This document shows positions 11,310 to 25,834 of a DNA stretch of 64,000 nucleotides, piece after piece. Each line of letters starts with the position of its first letter. Position 1 is the stretch's first letter. The position numbers and the translations under genes are program-made. The notes beneath the pieces are model-generated. The model ran no database searches. It saw only the letters and a program-made list of their open reading frames with translations, and was not told the origin of the DNA. Origin of the DNA: Octopus bimaculoides (taxonomy: Eukaryota); contig NC_068982.1 of assembly GCF_001194135.2 (NCBI RefSeq), forward strand, positions 88,991,509-89,055,508, given 5' to 3'.

Positions 11310-13440
11310 TTCCCCAAAAGAGGGATACTTTAAAGGGCTGCTCGTGGAGACCCCACAAAGCCATCGTCACCTTGACCACTAGGACAAGTGCTCTCTCCAC
11401 ATCGTCCTCATTCAACCTACAGGCGCATGCTTAGAGTAGACCCGTTCACTCGGACCATTCTTGCAACATTCCCTCACCTTTAACAAAATTGCTGAGAGGC
11501 AGCACTTCACTCTTTATCCTCATTTTCCTTTTCAAATGAAAGTTGAAACACTTGATGAGGGCTTGACCAAAGAGGATAATATTTGACTTCAGCCCTCTCA
11601 GTTTTGTCCACCACACAACTTCTTTCGCTACAGACGTCAGACAATGAAACACTGCCTGCCCTTCTTGGTCAAAGGAAGGCTGCGGGACGAACTTCACAAT
11701 GTCAATCAATAACAGGATCCGTCCTTCGCGTGATACCAGGCGTTCAACATAAATTTACAAGTCAGCAATGCTTTGGCACTGGACGAAAGCATGCAGAACA
11801 GTTTCGTCGTCACTTTGGGATCACCTCAAGCAAGCCCAGCTGACGGCACTTCCATGACTGTAGAGCTGTCCCAAACCGGCATTGTCCCCTCCCCCTGGTT
11901 AACACTGTCAGGCTAAGGATTTCTGGAAATTATCCATCAGCCCCAGTCCAAAGTCCTCCGGAACAGACCATCCAGTTGATTTTCGTTGTCGCCCAAAGTT
12001 TTTCCGAGAAAGTTATTGGGGAGTATGGACCTACCTCTCTTGGTGCCGAGTTGCAGGTCCACTCACTTTTCTTGGTTAATTCTTACTTCTTCTCCCGCAT
12101 CGTATTCTTTTAAACCAGTGCCGACTAGGTTCATGTGCCTCATGTTCGACACTATGATGGGAACATTGTCTGCGTATGTCGGCACGGTTCTCCCACATCC
12201 TAGTAAGGGCGAAGTGCTTCTCAACATCTCTAATTTCCGCAGTAGTGGCTCTAGAGGCAGTACATACAAAAGAGAAGAAATGGGATACACTTAACGGACG
12301 GAGCACTTGATGTTGAATGGTTCTGACAGATAACCATTCACAGAGTAGAAGTCACTGTACGTTGCAACGATCCAGCCACAGAAAACCGAACCGAAGCGAG
12401 CCACCGTGGGAACGGCGGCCACATATTGGTGGTCAGCCCTATCGAGGGCTTTAAGCTGATCTAATTGATCAGGCTCAATATATGACAGCATTTTTACCCA
12501 CCCTATCTATCATGTATTGCATGAAGTGGAGGTTGTCATGGATGGATCTGCTTGGGAGTGCCTATGTTTGTGTTCCACTAATCAGTTCCTCGACGACAAT
12601 CGTCAACCAAAATTTCGAAACCTACGTTCAGCAGCGTTATGGGCCTAAAAATTTCTACTTGATTCCCTTTGTGTCCTTTCTCAACAGTATGACTACTCCT
12701 TGATTGAACGAACTAGGAATTCTCCCATTCTGCTGCCTGTTGCGGAACATATCTGGCAGGAGGCTGCCAAGCACGTTTGGCATATAAAAGTAAAGTTCAT
12801 AGAGCAGACCGTCCAAACCAGGCGGTTTTCTCCCACCCACCCACTCCATGTAGTCCACCATCGCATCCTGTATTTCCGCGGTTGTTATCGGCATCTCACA
12901 ACGCTAAGCTCCCTCCCCTTCCGGAGAGTCGTGGCTGCTGTCAAAGTAGGCACTGAAGTCTATCCTACATTCTGACCTGCCATTCGGTCCAAACAGTTCG
13001 GCGATGGGCTACTGAAATGCCGCACACATCTGCTCGGGCTCGAGTACTGTTGGTTCGTTTTGGTCCAACAAAGACCGAATTGTGGTTTTGTTGTCACATT
13101 GCGCCTATGTCACTCAGGCCCATCGATCGGGTTTCGTTGCCTCGTTTCTTAGAGCATGCACCTTAGCTCTGATACTGTATCCTTCGTACTTAGCGTTGAA
13201 GAATTGGTCCATGGCCAATCTCGCCGCCAGCACGTCGGTTGTGATACCTTTTCCAAGCATCTCTCTTCTAAGTTTCAAACTAAGTTTCCCTCCACTCTAT
13301 TCTTTTCTATCACTAATGCCTTACTAGCTCATATCGATTCTATTCTAATTACCCTTTTCAGAAGGCATAGAGGATACAGAGATAAGTAAATCACGGAGTG
13401 CCTTTATCAGTTGGGAGGGGATTATCTGCACAGTCGAGCA
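11310..13440 (-). mobile_element. Tx1/L1-clade LINE, 5'-truncated degenerate ORF2
   Basis: PISSLLYVLPLEPLLRKLE...TYADNVPIIVS (RT, YADD-like), LDQLKALDRADHQY (DQSKAFDRVDH-like), ITTAEIQDAM...KPPGLDGL (SPG.DG-like), plus C-terminal AKEVVWWTKL segment. Confidence 0.85.
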
Positions 13441-13479
13441 TTTCTAGGCAGGTGATCTAGTCAGTCAAGGATTGGAAAT

Positions 13480-13860
13480 AGTTTATTGATAGCTTATTGA
13501 TAGCCATTGCATCCCTTCTATATAAAATATTGCCCCCCCCCCCCAAAGGAGTGGAGTTAAAGTATAAAGATCTCGAAATTGAAATATTCAAGATGTGAGG
13601 CATGAAGATGAAAACAATACCAGTAATAATTGGAGCAGTGTGTATGATAAAAAAGCGATTGAAAACGTAGAAATCTATCGAAAAAAAAAACAACTCTGCT
13701 AGAAACAGTCCATCCTACGCAAGACACTAATGATAGCACAACCCAAATAAAACAATCCATAAACACATGGCAGATCCTTTACACTAAATATCTAATAAAA
13801 TACAACTCCCACAACATGTTCTCTACAGGTCGAGTACCCTAAAGAAAAACGTAACTCGCA
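13480..13860 (+). mobile_element. REL-endonuclease non-LTR retrotransposon (R4/NeSL-like), C-terminal remnant
   Basis: KYKDLEIEIFKM*GMKMKTIPVIIGAVCMIKK...SILRKTL, the KY.DL.IE...W...T..P.IIGALG motif; a different family from the (TACA)n one. Confidence 0.65.
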
Positions 13861-14545
13861 TTACCCAAACAATGCACAACACAAACATTAATACAACAAA
13901 AGACAGCAGCACAACCAACCCCATGACAAAACAGGCTGATACAATACAATACACGAGAAGAGTTTCCACTTCCCTAACAACAGCAAGCAAAAGCACAAAA
14001 CACGATGCTGCACACACCTCAGCAACGCGGAGGTGTAGCAGGTGCTGCTGTAGAAATTTGCTTGAAACAATCAAATGTCGAATGACAACAACAACAACGA
14101 TGACAACGATAATAATAATAATAATAATAATAATTAATTCAGTAATAATAGCAACAGCAAAAACAATAACAGTAATAACAGACTCCTTTAGAATCGAACT
14201 TTGATAATTATTCTAATGGTATTAAGTTTCTTTGATTTGATCTTGTCTGGCAACTGTACACCAACGAATCCTTTTGTACTTGAATCAAACTCGATGAATT
14301 GCAACTGGAGACTTTCTTTTTATTCTTTTATTAACGAAGGTTATTAAACGATTCTGCTTGTGTTCGTTCTTTTCCGTTTTGTTTTTTTTTTCTTTTTTCC
14401 TGTCAGGCAGAATATTGGCGCTCATGCTGTTTCCAAAGGCTTCAAGGTTTAAGTTATGCAATTAGGTAAAATCTGAATATTGAAATGTATTATTGTCTCT
14501 TAGAATCTAATGATGGTATGAAAAACAATAGTTCATAGTTCTTGC

Positions 14546-14760
14546 TAAATTTGGTACAAGGCCAGCAATTTTTAAGAGAATGCTACATCAATTGTTTCGA
14601 ACCCCAAACTCTCGACAGGCATTTATATCATTGATCTCGAAAGGAGGAAAGGTAAAGTCGACGTCACCAGAATTTGGACTCAGAACGTAAATAACTATAG
14701 TAAATGGCCCCAAGCATTTTGTCTGACGCACGAGCGATTCTCACTGCTGAATCCCTTAAC
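14546..14760 (-). mobile_element. tRNA-derived SINE, family A
   Basis: GAAAGGTAAAGTCGACGTCACCAGAATTTGGACTCAGAACGTAAA matches the other family A copies (14826, 58946). Confidence 0.7.
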
Positions 14761-14825
14761 AGTAGTTAACAACAACAACAACAGCAATAGCAACAACAAC
14801 AATGATAATGATAATAGTTTCAAGT

Positions 14826-14990
14826 TTTGACACAATGCCTGAAATTTTAGGGAAGGTGTGAAGTCGATTGCATCGACTCGAATGTTCGACTGGTACTCTT
14901 TTTATCGACCCCGAAAGGATGAAAGGCAAAGTCGACCTCGGCGGAATTTGAACTCGGAACGTAAAGACGGACGATTCTGTCAGCTCGCCA
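14826..14990 (-). mobile_element. tRNA-derived SINE, family A
   Basis: Well-preserved TTTATCGACCCCGAAAGGATGAAAGGCAAAGTCGACCTCGGCGGAATTTGAACTC (B-box GAGTTCAAATTC on minus strand). Confidence 0.8.
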
Positions 14991-15559
14991 ATGATAATGA
15001 CAACAACGACGACGATGATGATGATGATGATAGTGATATCTTTCATTCACAACAGGGGCACTAGTCACTGAGGAAAGTAGCAAAGGCCATAATACAACAC
15101 AAAAAAGTTTGGATTTATACCAATCAAAATAGGAATCAACAACAAAATGGGCATTTCACTAAGAGGAATTCAGAGAAAACCCCGGATTATTAGTTCCCAG
15201 CTTCTTTCCTTTTACATAAAAAAAGACGTTGAGGGTAGGCCTATTCTGATCCAATATTCTTTTCTCTCTCTCTCCTGCCTTGTACTATAATAATTGGCCT
15301 TGAAGCTTTTCGATCTCATGCACTCTTTTCACTATATGTAAAAATACTATTTCCCCCTTCATACGATTATTTGTCTCCAAATGTGTTTTTATAAATACAT
15401 CTAAAATCGTAATTTTTTTTTTCTATAATAGTACATATATATTTATTTGGATTAAATCTGTAGTTGAATTTTACAAATTCTATAGTAATGCAAAATATTG
15501 ATAGATTTAAAATCTTGAAATAAAGTACATTCATATTTATACATTCATGCCAATTTAAT

Positions 15560-16740
15560 CAACACACTATAGTTATGCGATGCATAATTCAATTGATAAA
15601 AGAAACCGAATAAAGTAAAATGGCCACTTTATTTCAAAGAGGAATCTGTAGTTTGATTTTCCTTCACCAACTCTGAGATACGTTGAGGAGTGCTTCAAAG
15701 GGAATAATGCAAGCCAATTTAATTTCTGATCAACTTGGTTGTTTCGTTTTCATTTGCAACAAAGTTGAAAATTCGCAATGATATATCTACACAAACGGAA
15801 GTAATGCACTCATTACTCTTTCTGCTACTTCTGAGTTTGTAGCGCACATTGAAGGTCAAAATTCAGTAACTGAGTTCTCATTAGATATCTTTTGCTCCCG
15901 AACCAGTCTTTAACTCTGAGAATTCATCTTAACAGTTATGAGTAACTTTTCAACTGCAAATGTGAATGAATTTCGCACTGAATCCAACCCATCACCACAG
16001 AATTGAGGAAAATATGTAGGACGAATTCATTTCGTAGCGTCATCAAATACGGCATCAGTTTTTTTATTTTCTGCAACTTGGGGACACTTAAGTCTTCACA
16101 GCAGTAGTAAGAATTCATGGCAGTTTCTCAAACATTGCAAGGTTTTAGGTATTGAATTTTCTCTTCTAGTTTTTTTTTTTTTTTCTGGTTGCACATGAAG
16201 TCTTTCGGGGAATGATACTTGTATTGAAGCTTGTATTGTATTGTAATAGAGAAAATGGGACAATTTCTGAAATATCTTGCTATACGCACATGGAACTCGA
16301 GGCGCAAAGGTCTAAGAATGGTGTGATTGGGTGGAGTCCATCTTGTTCCATGGTACTTTCATATTCATCACTACGATCATCTGATTATCCTATGAATCCA
16401 AATGTTCAAAGTGGATTAAAAATTGCTAGAAAGAAAGCCTGAATTTTGTGTCATGTCACTAGCCTCATTAATGCTTGGTTGTCTTGGTTAGCTAGTCTCA
16501 GATGTTGATGTTGACAAGCTTGACAATAGTTTCATAGTATATTTAGAAAGTTCATCAAATCGCTTTCATACGACTTCGCGTTTTTTGGTCTCCACTTGAG
16601 TAGGCCCTTGAGCTCATAATTATTTCTCGTAGATCTTAAACTTTGTTAAAGGTCATACAATCAATTGCTTGATAGCATTAATGTCAGCTGAAGAAAAGAT
16701 CTTTTATTTCTTCCCATAAAATAACAAATTCACCAAATAA
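15560..16740 (-). mobile_element. hAT (Charlie/Buster-like) transposase remnant
   Basis: Minus-strand translation ENSVTEF*PSMCATNSEVAERVMSALLPFV*IYHCEFSTLLQMKTKQ resembles the hAT C-terminal dimerisation region (LLPF.STYLCE.GFS....KTK). The upstream extent is uncertain. Confidence 0.7.
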
Positions 16741-17189
16741 GATACATCACATCTACCGGACAGCTGGTCTCTACGAAACTGTATTACTCTTGTTCACTTT
16801 CCTTGGATGTATGTGTATATGAATGATATATGTATAGATGCATACAATATGAATGCATGCACTATGTATATAGTGTGTATGTATATATTTGAATGTGTGT
16901 GTGTGTGGGGGGGGGGTTTAAACAAACCTTACAAAAGTACTAATAAAAACGAAAATTAAAAATCCAAATCCAAACCTAATGGTACTTGTAATAATAATAA
17001 TAATAATAATAATAATGATTATGATGATGATGATGTTCTCACATACAGCCGCAGAATCTTCGCCAGCTGGCGATGCGACCGCCCAAACCACAGCCACCAC
17101 CTCAATTTCTAGTAAACAGCTGCGCAGTTAGACAGATCCACCTCTGCCCCATCTCTCACTCTCTCTCCCCTTGATTTCTTTCTGGGTCA

Positions 17190-18130
17190 CATGGCAGAAA
17201 TTCCGAACCGGAAACTACAGCCTAGAAGACTAACCTCGTCTTGGAAGATCTGTAGAGCTCGATGAGGACGTCGTGCAAACCCTGGTGGAAAAAAATCCCA
17301 TCATAACTGTTGAGAAACTAAAACTAGGAGAGAAGCTTGGATTTGGTCATTCAACCATTCACCGACACGGAAAAGTCAGCAAATTGAGTCAATGGGCTCC
17401 TCACAAAGTTATCTAATCGCGCGCAGAGCGCAGTGTTCTCTTATTTGTTGTCACGTCTCACAAATAGACCTTTTTTGGACCGAATAGTGATTGGTGATGA
17501 GAAATGGTTTCTCTATAATAATGTCAAGCGAAGAAGACAGTGGGTAGGGAAACGAGAACACCGGCACCCCAGGCTAAAGAAGGTCTTCACTCACAGGTGC
17601 TGTTATCTGTTTGGTGAGATATGAAAGATTTAGTCCAATTTGAACTTTTAAAACGAAACCAAAAGATAAGAAACGAGATCTACTGCGAGCAGCTTGAGCA
17701 GCTTAAGTCAGCGCTAGAAAAAAAGCAGCTATCTTTGGTTTCAAGACGAAAGGTGTACTTCCATCAGGATAATGTTCGGTCACATACAGCGTGGATGACA
17801 TTCCAAAGGCTGAAGCAATTTGAATGGGAAATGATGCCCCACCCACCATATTCGCTGGACATTGCCCCATCTGATTAACATTTACTCTGTAGGCTTCAAA
17901 ATCATTTGGACGGGGAAAAATATGAATTCTGTAGACGAGATCAGAACAGTACAAGTGAATTTTGGAAGAAAAGCTTTGCAAGTCTACCAGACAAATGAAG
18001 AGCATTGTAGAAAATGAAGGAGTGTATATTTTAGATTAAAAAAGAACTTTATCTTAATTTTGAAAAAATAATAGAAGTATTTATAGCCCCCAACCACCCA
18101 CCCACCCATTATTTATGGGACCACCCAATA
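17190..18130 (+). mobile_element. Mariner element, 5'-truncated and degenerate
   Basis: FLDRIVIGDEKW, FHQDNVRSH, HPPYSLDIAPSD motifs; right TIR ATTATTTATGGGACCACCCAA-TA at about 18108-18130. Confidence 0.9.
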
Positions 18131-19930
18131 CATGATGAGATTATCAGAGAGTCTTTTTTTTTGGTGACAAAGTAAACAATTTAATATGTGTAGATATTTT
18201 GCTACATATATTGATCAAATCGATCCTCCAGATAAGTTGTAGTTCACAATCCAAATTGTTCTCTACAAACTGTGTTACTGTGTCAGCCATTTGCTTTAAT
18301 ACTCTCCTCATGATATAAGGTCCAGGGCACACGATTGTTGTTATATTTCCTTTACATCCTTTACATCGGACGGTGTTGATAAAACTCTTCTATTTTCTAA
18401 ATCGATACATTATTTTGTATCCAAATAATTTGCGTTTTTACTTGAGAGAGAGAGAATATTTTTATATTATTGCCATAACGTATTGCATAAAGGAGTAGGG
18501 AGTCCATATTTTTGCTGTGATAGTTCATTTAGCTACGGCCTAATCCTTTTTCGTCTGCTTAAAAATATATTGACAATACAGTTACGCAATTTTAGTATAG
18601 TAAATCATTACCATTCTGAATGGATTCACTCCATGAATTTTTCTTTTATGGCAAATATTATAGTTTGTAATATTCCTAGAATATGAAAGTTGCAGAAATA
18701 ATTTAATCTGCAAGTTAACATTACAAAATTGCCATGCTGCTTGATAAGTTTATTAGAAATATAAATAGCTTTATTGTAATTGCATTTCTATGGAAATTTC
18801 TAGGAAAGTTATCGTTTCATATCTTTCTGCATATACTTTGACGTATTTTTCCTTTATTTTCCGAAGAGCATCTCTATATGTAGAATAGAACCCCTTCTTT
18901 TATGGCATTTCGTTTAGTTTCCAGTTCATCTAAAATTGAAAATCTTTATTTGTTGTTTGTATAAATGGTCAAACATTCAATATGTTTTATCGCAATTGGA
19001 AAATAAATTAAAACTCCAAAGAATGCCAGATAATACTCTCGATAGTATGAGTTCATTCCAATGTTCTATCAATATTTCTGATGTAATTCGTGACTTGATT
19101 GCCTTCCACCTGTTTTATGAAGCTAATTATGAAACTCCTACCTAGGTGTATTATATATGCAAGTCACTTATGCATATTACCAGTATTTTATATATTCCTG
19201 TCATGAAAACAGATCGCTAAATAATACAGAATAATAAAATTTAGAGTAAATAACACTATTGGATGAATTCCCCAATGCATATTCGTTTACTACATTTAAC
19301 CAGTGATGATAAGAACTATCAATAAAGAAACAAATATTGGTAGAATTAGCCATTTCAAAATACATCCCTCAGTAATCTGCTTTTCTATTATTTCATGTAA
19401 AAGAAGCCAAAACTATGCTGTTTTTCCCTTATTCACTAGACTGATATTTTCAGTTGATTACACGAGTGAAAATGCCCTTAATGTGAAGCTTTCAGCTTCA
19501 TTCATTATATGTAATACATACTTATTTCGTTTGATTTGTTCAGCCTTTACACTTTCTATATGTATAAGATACAAAAGAGCTACACTTTAGTTGAACTATT
19601 CTCTATTTTCAAAACCATTGCCACATATTCCTCTACACAAAGATCGGGAAACAAAAAATTCTATGGGGGCGGGTTTGTTATTTATTCCTGTCATGCTGTA
19701 ATCTATTAATACATTAACAATAAAAAATATAAATACAAATGCTCTCTTCTCTCAGATATTAGAAACTGATATTGGATATGCAGTGATTAAGTGGGATTTA
19801 AATATATTATCTTGATAGATATCGTATCAGATGTAATGAATACAGTAGCATTGTCTGTTTATGTAACTCTTTAAATCAAAGAGAGACATAAAAATACAGA
19901 TATAAAGTCATCAATAAACTGTATATAAAT

Positions 19931-19965
<35 letters not shown>

Positions 19966-20531
19966 TGTGTGTATGTATGCATGTATGTATATACGTATGT
20001 ATATTTGTATGTATGTATGTATGCATGTATGTATATACATGTTTATGTGTGTAAATCTCTCGCTCTCTCTTTATCTATCTATATACATACATATACTTTA
20101 TTTTTACATACAAGCACACATGCATATTGCTTTCAAAAGGATTGTACAACCAACCTCTGGATGCAGAGTATAAAAATAAAGATTTTCTCGACATTTTAAT
20201 GTATTGTTTCTTCTTTTGTGTGGCCAGTGCACATAAACGTGATACTGAAATAGTCATATCCTACCATATCGTATATATATATTAACAGTTCGCTACAAAT
20301 CAGAAAAAAAAAAACACTATAAAAGAGAAATTGAGCGGTTACAATTTTATATTGTCTATCAGTATATTCTTGAATGTACCATATAAATGGCCAGAAAGTT
20401 ACTGACAGTTCCATGCCTGCTCTTACACTTGGCATTACTGCGGTGCCCAAGCATGGCCGCAGTAAATGGTAAAAGATAATCCAAGAGCGGTATCTTTCTG
20501 ATCATTCATATGCCATAATCAGGAATATAAA

Positions 20532-21814
20532 TTGGGTTGTCCGGAAAGTTCGTGCCGATTTATAGTAGCTTACCTTTCGACTTATTTTAGAACATGGTTG
20601 AGTCCATAAAATAGGATTTCACTACATCTCCATTTAGAGCACAGCTTAAGCTATCTTTGCGTGGAAGAAAGTTTATGTTCCTATAACCTGTGTTAATTCT
20701 GTAACCCTTTAAAATGGAAGATAAGAAAGTTTATTTTCGGCACTTGATGCTTTTCTTTCTCCGTAAAGGGAAAAATTCTTCACAAGCAACCAAAGAAGTA
20801 TGCGCAGTTTACGGTGATGTTTCTTTATCCGAAAGAACTGTACGGAAGTGATTCGCAAGGTCCCGAGCTGGATATTGTAGCCTTATTGATAAAGAGCGAT
20901 CAGGCAGACCATCCTCTACAGATGATGACCAAATCAAGTCATTAATTGAGAATAACCCTCATTGCACAACCCGAGAATTGGCAGAAAGCCTCAGCCTATC
21001 AAAATCCGTCGTTCATGAGCACCTGGTAAACCTTGGATACACAAATCACTACGATGTTTGGGTACCACATGAGATGAGTGACCAGAACCTTTTAGATCGC
21101 ATTTCCATGTGTGATTCGTTTTATCAACGGAATGAAAACGCGCCTTTTTTAAAGCAAATTGTGACAGGTGATGAGAAATGGATTATCTACCGAAATGTTC
21201 AGAGAAAGCAGCCTGGAGTAAGTGACATGAGCCACCCTTAGCCACCCCAAAAGCGGGTCTTCACCCTAAAAAAGTCTTGTTTTGTGTCTGGTGGGATTAG
21301 AAAGGAATTCTGTACTATGAGCTTCTCCCGAGTAACCTGACAATTAATTCTGAGAAATACTGCACACAGCTGGACGAGTTAAAAGCAGCAATTCAAGAGA
21401 AACGTCCAGAATTGGCAAACAAGAAGGGTGTTGTTTTCCAACACGATAATGCCAGACCGCACGCTTCTTTGAGAACCAGACAAAAATTGATGCAGCTCGG
21501 CTGGGATGTGTTACCCCACCCTCCATATTCACCATATATTGCTCCTTCGGATTTTCACTTATTCAGGTATCTGCAGAATAGTCTTAATGGTAAAAATTTC
21601 AATTCCTTGGATGACGTAAAAAGATACCTTGATGAATTCTTTGACATGAAACCACCTCAATTCTGGGAAGAGAGTATTTTCAAGTTAAAGGAAAGATGGA
21701 GACGCATTGTGCACCAAAATGGTTTATATTTGGTTGATTAAAAATGTAATGGCAAGTATTTATTGACCTTTTTCTTTCCTTTAAAAATCGGCACGAACTT
21801 TTCGGAGAACCCAA
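20532..21814 (+). mobile_element. Full-length (1283 bp) DD34D mariner with both TIRs
   Basis: TIRs TTGGGTTGTCCGGAAAGTTCGTGCCGATTT / AAATCGGCACGAACTTTTCGGAGAACCCAA; TA follows the right TIR (the left flank reads AA). Confidence 0.95.
20714..21741 (+). pseudogene. Mariner transposase pseudogene (two premature stops, one 1-bp frameshift)
   Basis: MEDKKVYFRHLML...WVPHE...TGDEKW...QHDNARPH...HPPYSPYIAPSDFHLF; 34 residues between the second and third catalytic Asp. Confidence 0.92.
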
Positions 21815-22449
21815 TATAATTTAAATGGATTAGAATAAAACGTTAGGCGAATACAGAGCGTATTTAAATAAATAGTATGACAAGGGAACAGGAAGTACGT
21901 AATCAGTTTCATTAACTTAACAGCTGTTTCTGCAATAGGAGGTAGTGCACTTAGACTTGAGCACTTGTTCATCACCTTGTAGCAGACACAGCTGTAAGCG
22001 AATGAAGATGGTTTCATAATTCCTATACTCTTGCCATTCTGTTAAATCAAATATTTGTGTGTATGCGTGTGCATGTCTGTGTATCTGTGTGTATGTGCAT
22101 GTGTGTGCATATATCTATGTCGGCACTGTAGCGCGCTAAATAAAATTTGGGTTAGCTTCTATATGAACTTGAACTATTTGTGATTAATGCCAGGACCAGC
22201 TGCTTTGCACGCTTCTTTCTCCTTCCATTGTGCCAATAAGCGTCATTTATGTGCAAGGAGTTGAGACAGATATGGTCATATCAGTGACTTTTGGACGACG
22301 TTTATTGAGTGTATGCCGTATAGGATTGGAAAGGTGAAAGAAAAAGGTGACCTTGGCGAAATTTGAATCCACAATGGAAAAGGATGTAGCATAATTACTT
22401 TAAACTAATGAAAATTAATAACACGTGTTTTTTTTTGTAATGAAGCTGT

Positions 22450-22610
22450 CACGGCTGTTCAGTTATGTAGTTTACATTCAATTCATGTGGTTCTGTATTG
22501 GACTACATCACGCAATGCAGCACCTCAAATAATAAGTCTCCTATATATCGGCTCGACCGAAATTTTGTCAAGTAACTGAGTAAAATGAAATTATACGGAA
22601 ACCCAGATAA
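22450..22610 (+). mobile_element. Highly degraded tRNA-derived SINE
   Basis: Colinear weak similarity to the 49762-49910 family. Confidence 0.4.
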
Positions 22611-23657
22611 TGGTCTGTACTTGTTATTGGGTGCTAGACTTGATACGGCACCCGATTTGATTCCACATCCTACCTGATTTTTGCCTTTAATGGAAACAGC
22701 TCTGTTGAAGGCTTTAGAGCCAGATCTCCATTCTGAGAGTAATTAATGTGTCGTTATTTATTCTCTTTTCTTTCGCCGGTCTTGGAAGCTTTGCATAATG
22801 GTCTTCGATGATGATAATTCTTCTTCTAAGTAATTATTAAAGTAAGAAATTGAAGGATATAAATCGCTCAATGAAGGAGTATGAAATAAAGAGAGAAAAA
22901 ATATACGATACATTAACACAATTGTGGACAAAGCAAATGATTTATGGCATATACGAAAGAGAGATAGACGTGAACAAAACATTTATCGAGGAAATTGAAA
23001 GGCAATTGATACAAAAATGAATGAAATCTCTAATTGCTGGATAGAGGAAGCTGATTACATCTCATTCCCGTGTCACGAATTCTTATATCACTGCAGACAT
23101 TGTTTTAACACCTCAGGCAAAACACTTAACTTTGTTGATCTACGGCTATATTTTTTAAAGCTATATACAAAATCGTTAGTATTAAACGTGACTGTCTACT
23201 TGTTCGCACTCTGTGTATTTATGTTGATTGCGTTTACAAGTATTGTTCTATTAAGATGTTGTAAATCTTATGCATAACGACAGACCCTTTGGCAATGTTT
23301 GTATGACAGTGAACCAACGAAAGCTTAACATACTATTCCACTATTTTAATTTTGTTGTGTCTGAAGTTATATATAGTAAAAGACTTTTGAGTTTATTGCG
23401 GAAATTATCGGCTGGCGAAGACCAAGAAATTCTGATAATCAATTTTTGGCATTCGAAAGATCGAAATTTTCACGAAAAGATTTAGTAACTTTCATTATGT
23501 TTTGAGCCACACTCTCTTTTTTTATCAACTACTTCTGTTATCGAAACTGTAAAGTATGTCAGTCAACATATTCTACCTCATTTGCAATCAGCTGATAGGT
23601 TCTATAACAGGATTGTATTACAGACAAATACACACATACATACATATATGTAAATGT

Positions 23658-23697
<40 letters not shown>

Positions 23698-23704
23698 TTT
23701 AAAA

Positions 23705-24000
23705 CTAGCAATGCGCTATATCTACGGCTAAGTTAGAATACATTCACTGACCCAGTTCAATTTATTATAAATGTGAGATGTTTGCCTTAGGCAGCACAGC
23801 TTGAAACTGTAAGTTATGAAATTAATAACAATTTCACATCATACATCCTTCATACGACCACTTCTATCCTTCAATTTACCTGAGTAAAAGTCATACTAAC
23901 TTCCGTTATTTATACCTCTACAATAATCTCGGACTACCTGAAACAGCAATAGGTATTTTAACTATTCAATTTGACCAATAAGATATGTCATATTTGATCT
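23705..24000 (-). mobile_element. Possible decayed Helitron 3' end
   Basis: Minus strand ends ...GCATTG-CTAG|T at 23705-23708; faint helicase-like words (SGKLK, NLQF). The hairpin is not convincing. Confidence 0.25.
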
Positions 24001-25834
24001 TCCTACTTCAGTTTATGACTTCAAACATCGTAAAGAATCTGATAACTCCTGTTTAAATTTATTCTCATTGAAAGCAAAATATTAAAAATTTTATTGGCAG
24101 AATATTGTCGAATTCAAGGATTTTGAGACCAATCCGTTAGTGTCGATCCAAGAACCAGCTGCTTTGATGTTTTCTTTACTATCAGTCTCTTCAATGAGTG
24201 TTTTCCTATCAGTGTAAAGATAGAAGCAAAGGTTAAAACTTTTTTAGCAGACCAACGATCAAAGGCATCTCAGTGATGACAATCCCGCTTTGTATCCCGC
24301 TAATGTATCCCCAAATAGGGTACTTATTATGTGCGTTTTCCCATAAAAAATTGTGGTTTGATAAAGACTTACTTTTCATTTCTAGCGGGTTGAGTGACTA
24401 CCTGCAGCCTTTCTCTGGTATATTTTTGAAGAAGGAAACTCGAGAAATCGTAAGGTTTTTCGGAGCCATGGGTAGATAATTATTGTACACAAAAACCAAA
24501 TATTCGCTCAACACGGTTAGAATTGGGTTTGTAATGCTAAATGCAAATACATTCTGCAATTCGAGAATTTTATTAAAATAAACCCGAAAGTTATGATTAG
24601 AGGAAATATAAAATAGGAAAATGTCACGTTCATTAATTTTTCTAATGTAATTAAAGCAATAGTAAAATGCGTACAAGTCTAGCGAACGCAGAATAAATAC
24701 GTGGCTCATCAATAAATCATTATATCAATATAAACCGCTGCCGCTCACTTTCGTATATATTTTGGTATTAACGTCTATCATGTCCCTAATAGTTTTATGT
24801 GTCCATGTAGTCGCGAACAGCTACCCTTGTTGGCCATGTGGAACATCTCAAATGAGACAGATGAAAGCAGAGAGAGAGCAGAACTGCAGCAGCACTTCAC
24901 AAGTACTTTGTTTATAGACTCTAAAATGTCGAAAGAATACTAGCGTTCGTTACAGTAAAAGAAGACATCGTCTCAAGATATCTTTTAACTTCTTTTTGGC
25001 CATATCATAATGCTGCTCAATACTTAGTGCATCTTAATAATACAAAGTTTCAGGCCTGGTACCAGCAGTATCAATCTCCCCAAATATGAGACAGTTGCAG
25101 AGGTCGAGATTTAGAGACCACATTAAAATTGCCACTTAAAATCACATCCGATCAATCCATATAATCTCCCTCTGAACATCCTAAGCACTAGGTCATTTCA
25201 TCAAGGTATCACCAAGCTATCATTACCATGTCACCAAAGTATCACCAAAGCATCATCAAGATATCAAATAAGCTGTACCAAGATATCAACAAAGTGGTAC
25301 CCAGGTTCCAACAAGATAACACTAATGAAAGACAAGAATTCATACAAACAGGTTTTGCATACACGTTTAACTGATGAAGCCACTCTGTTGATAATCAAGG
25401 GTTTTCAGAAGCAGGAGCTATGTAATATGGATAAAACTCAAATAAATCCTATTGATACATGTCACAGCTGGAGTAAGAAGGAACAGCACGTTTGTGCTTG
25501 AATCCTTTGCAAGATCCAAAACTAAGCTAAAGATGAGGATGTTGTTAGATGTAGCAATGCACTATCAATACAAAATGAGAAACAATGACATGTGAGTGGA
25601 GCTGGAACATGGAAACTGCGTGGGATCTCGTATTATATAATGTATATATGGGGTAGAGAGCGTGTATGCGTGTGCGTTAGACTTTCGGCTTGTGTTTATC
25701 ACCAACTACCACTTGACAACTGTAGTGGGTTTCTTTACGTCGCCCATAACATATCGGTTCACCATAAGAAGAAATAGAATAAGAATCAGACTTCAAAAGC
25801 AGAAGAAGCAAAAGAAAAGAAAAGATAGCAGAGA

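Noticed and set aside
25371-25420. CTGATGAAGCC upstream of the Penelope fragment as a hammerhead
   Set aside because: No stem II closing onto GAAA and no stem III.
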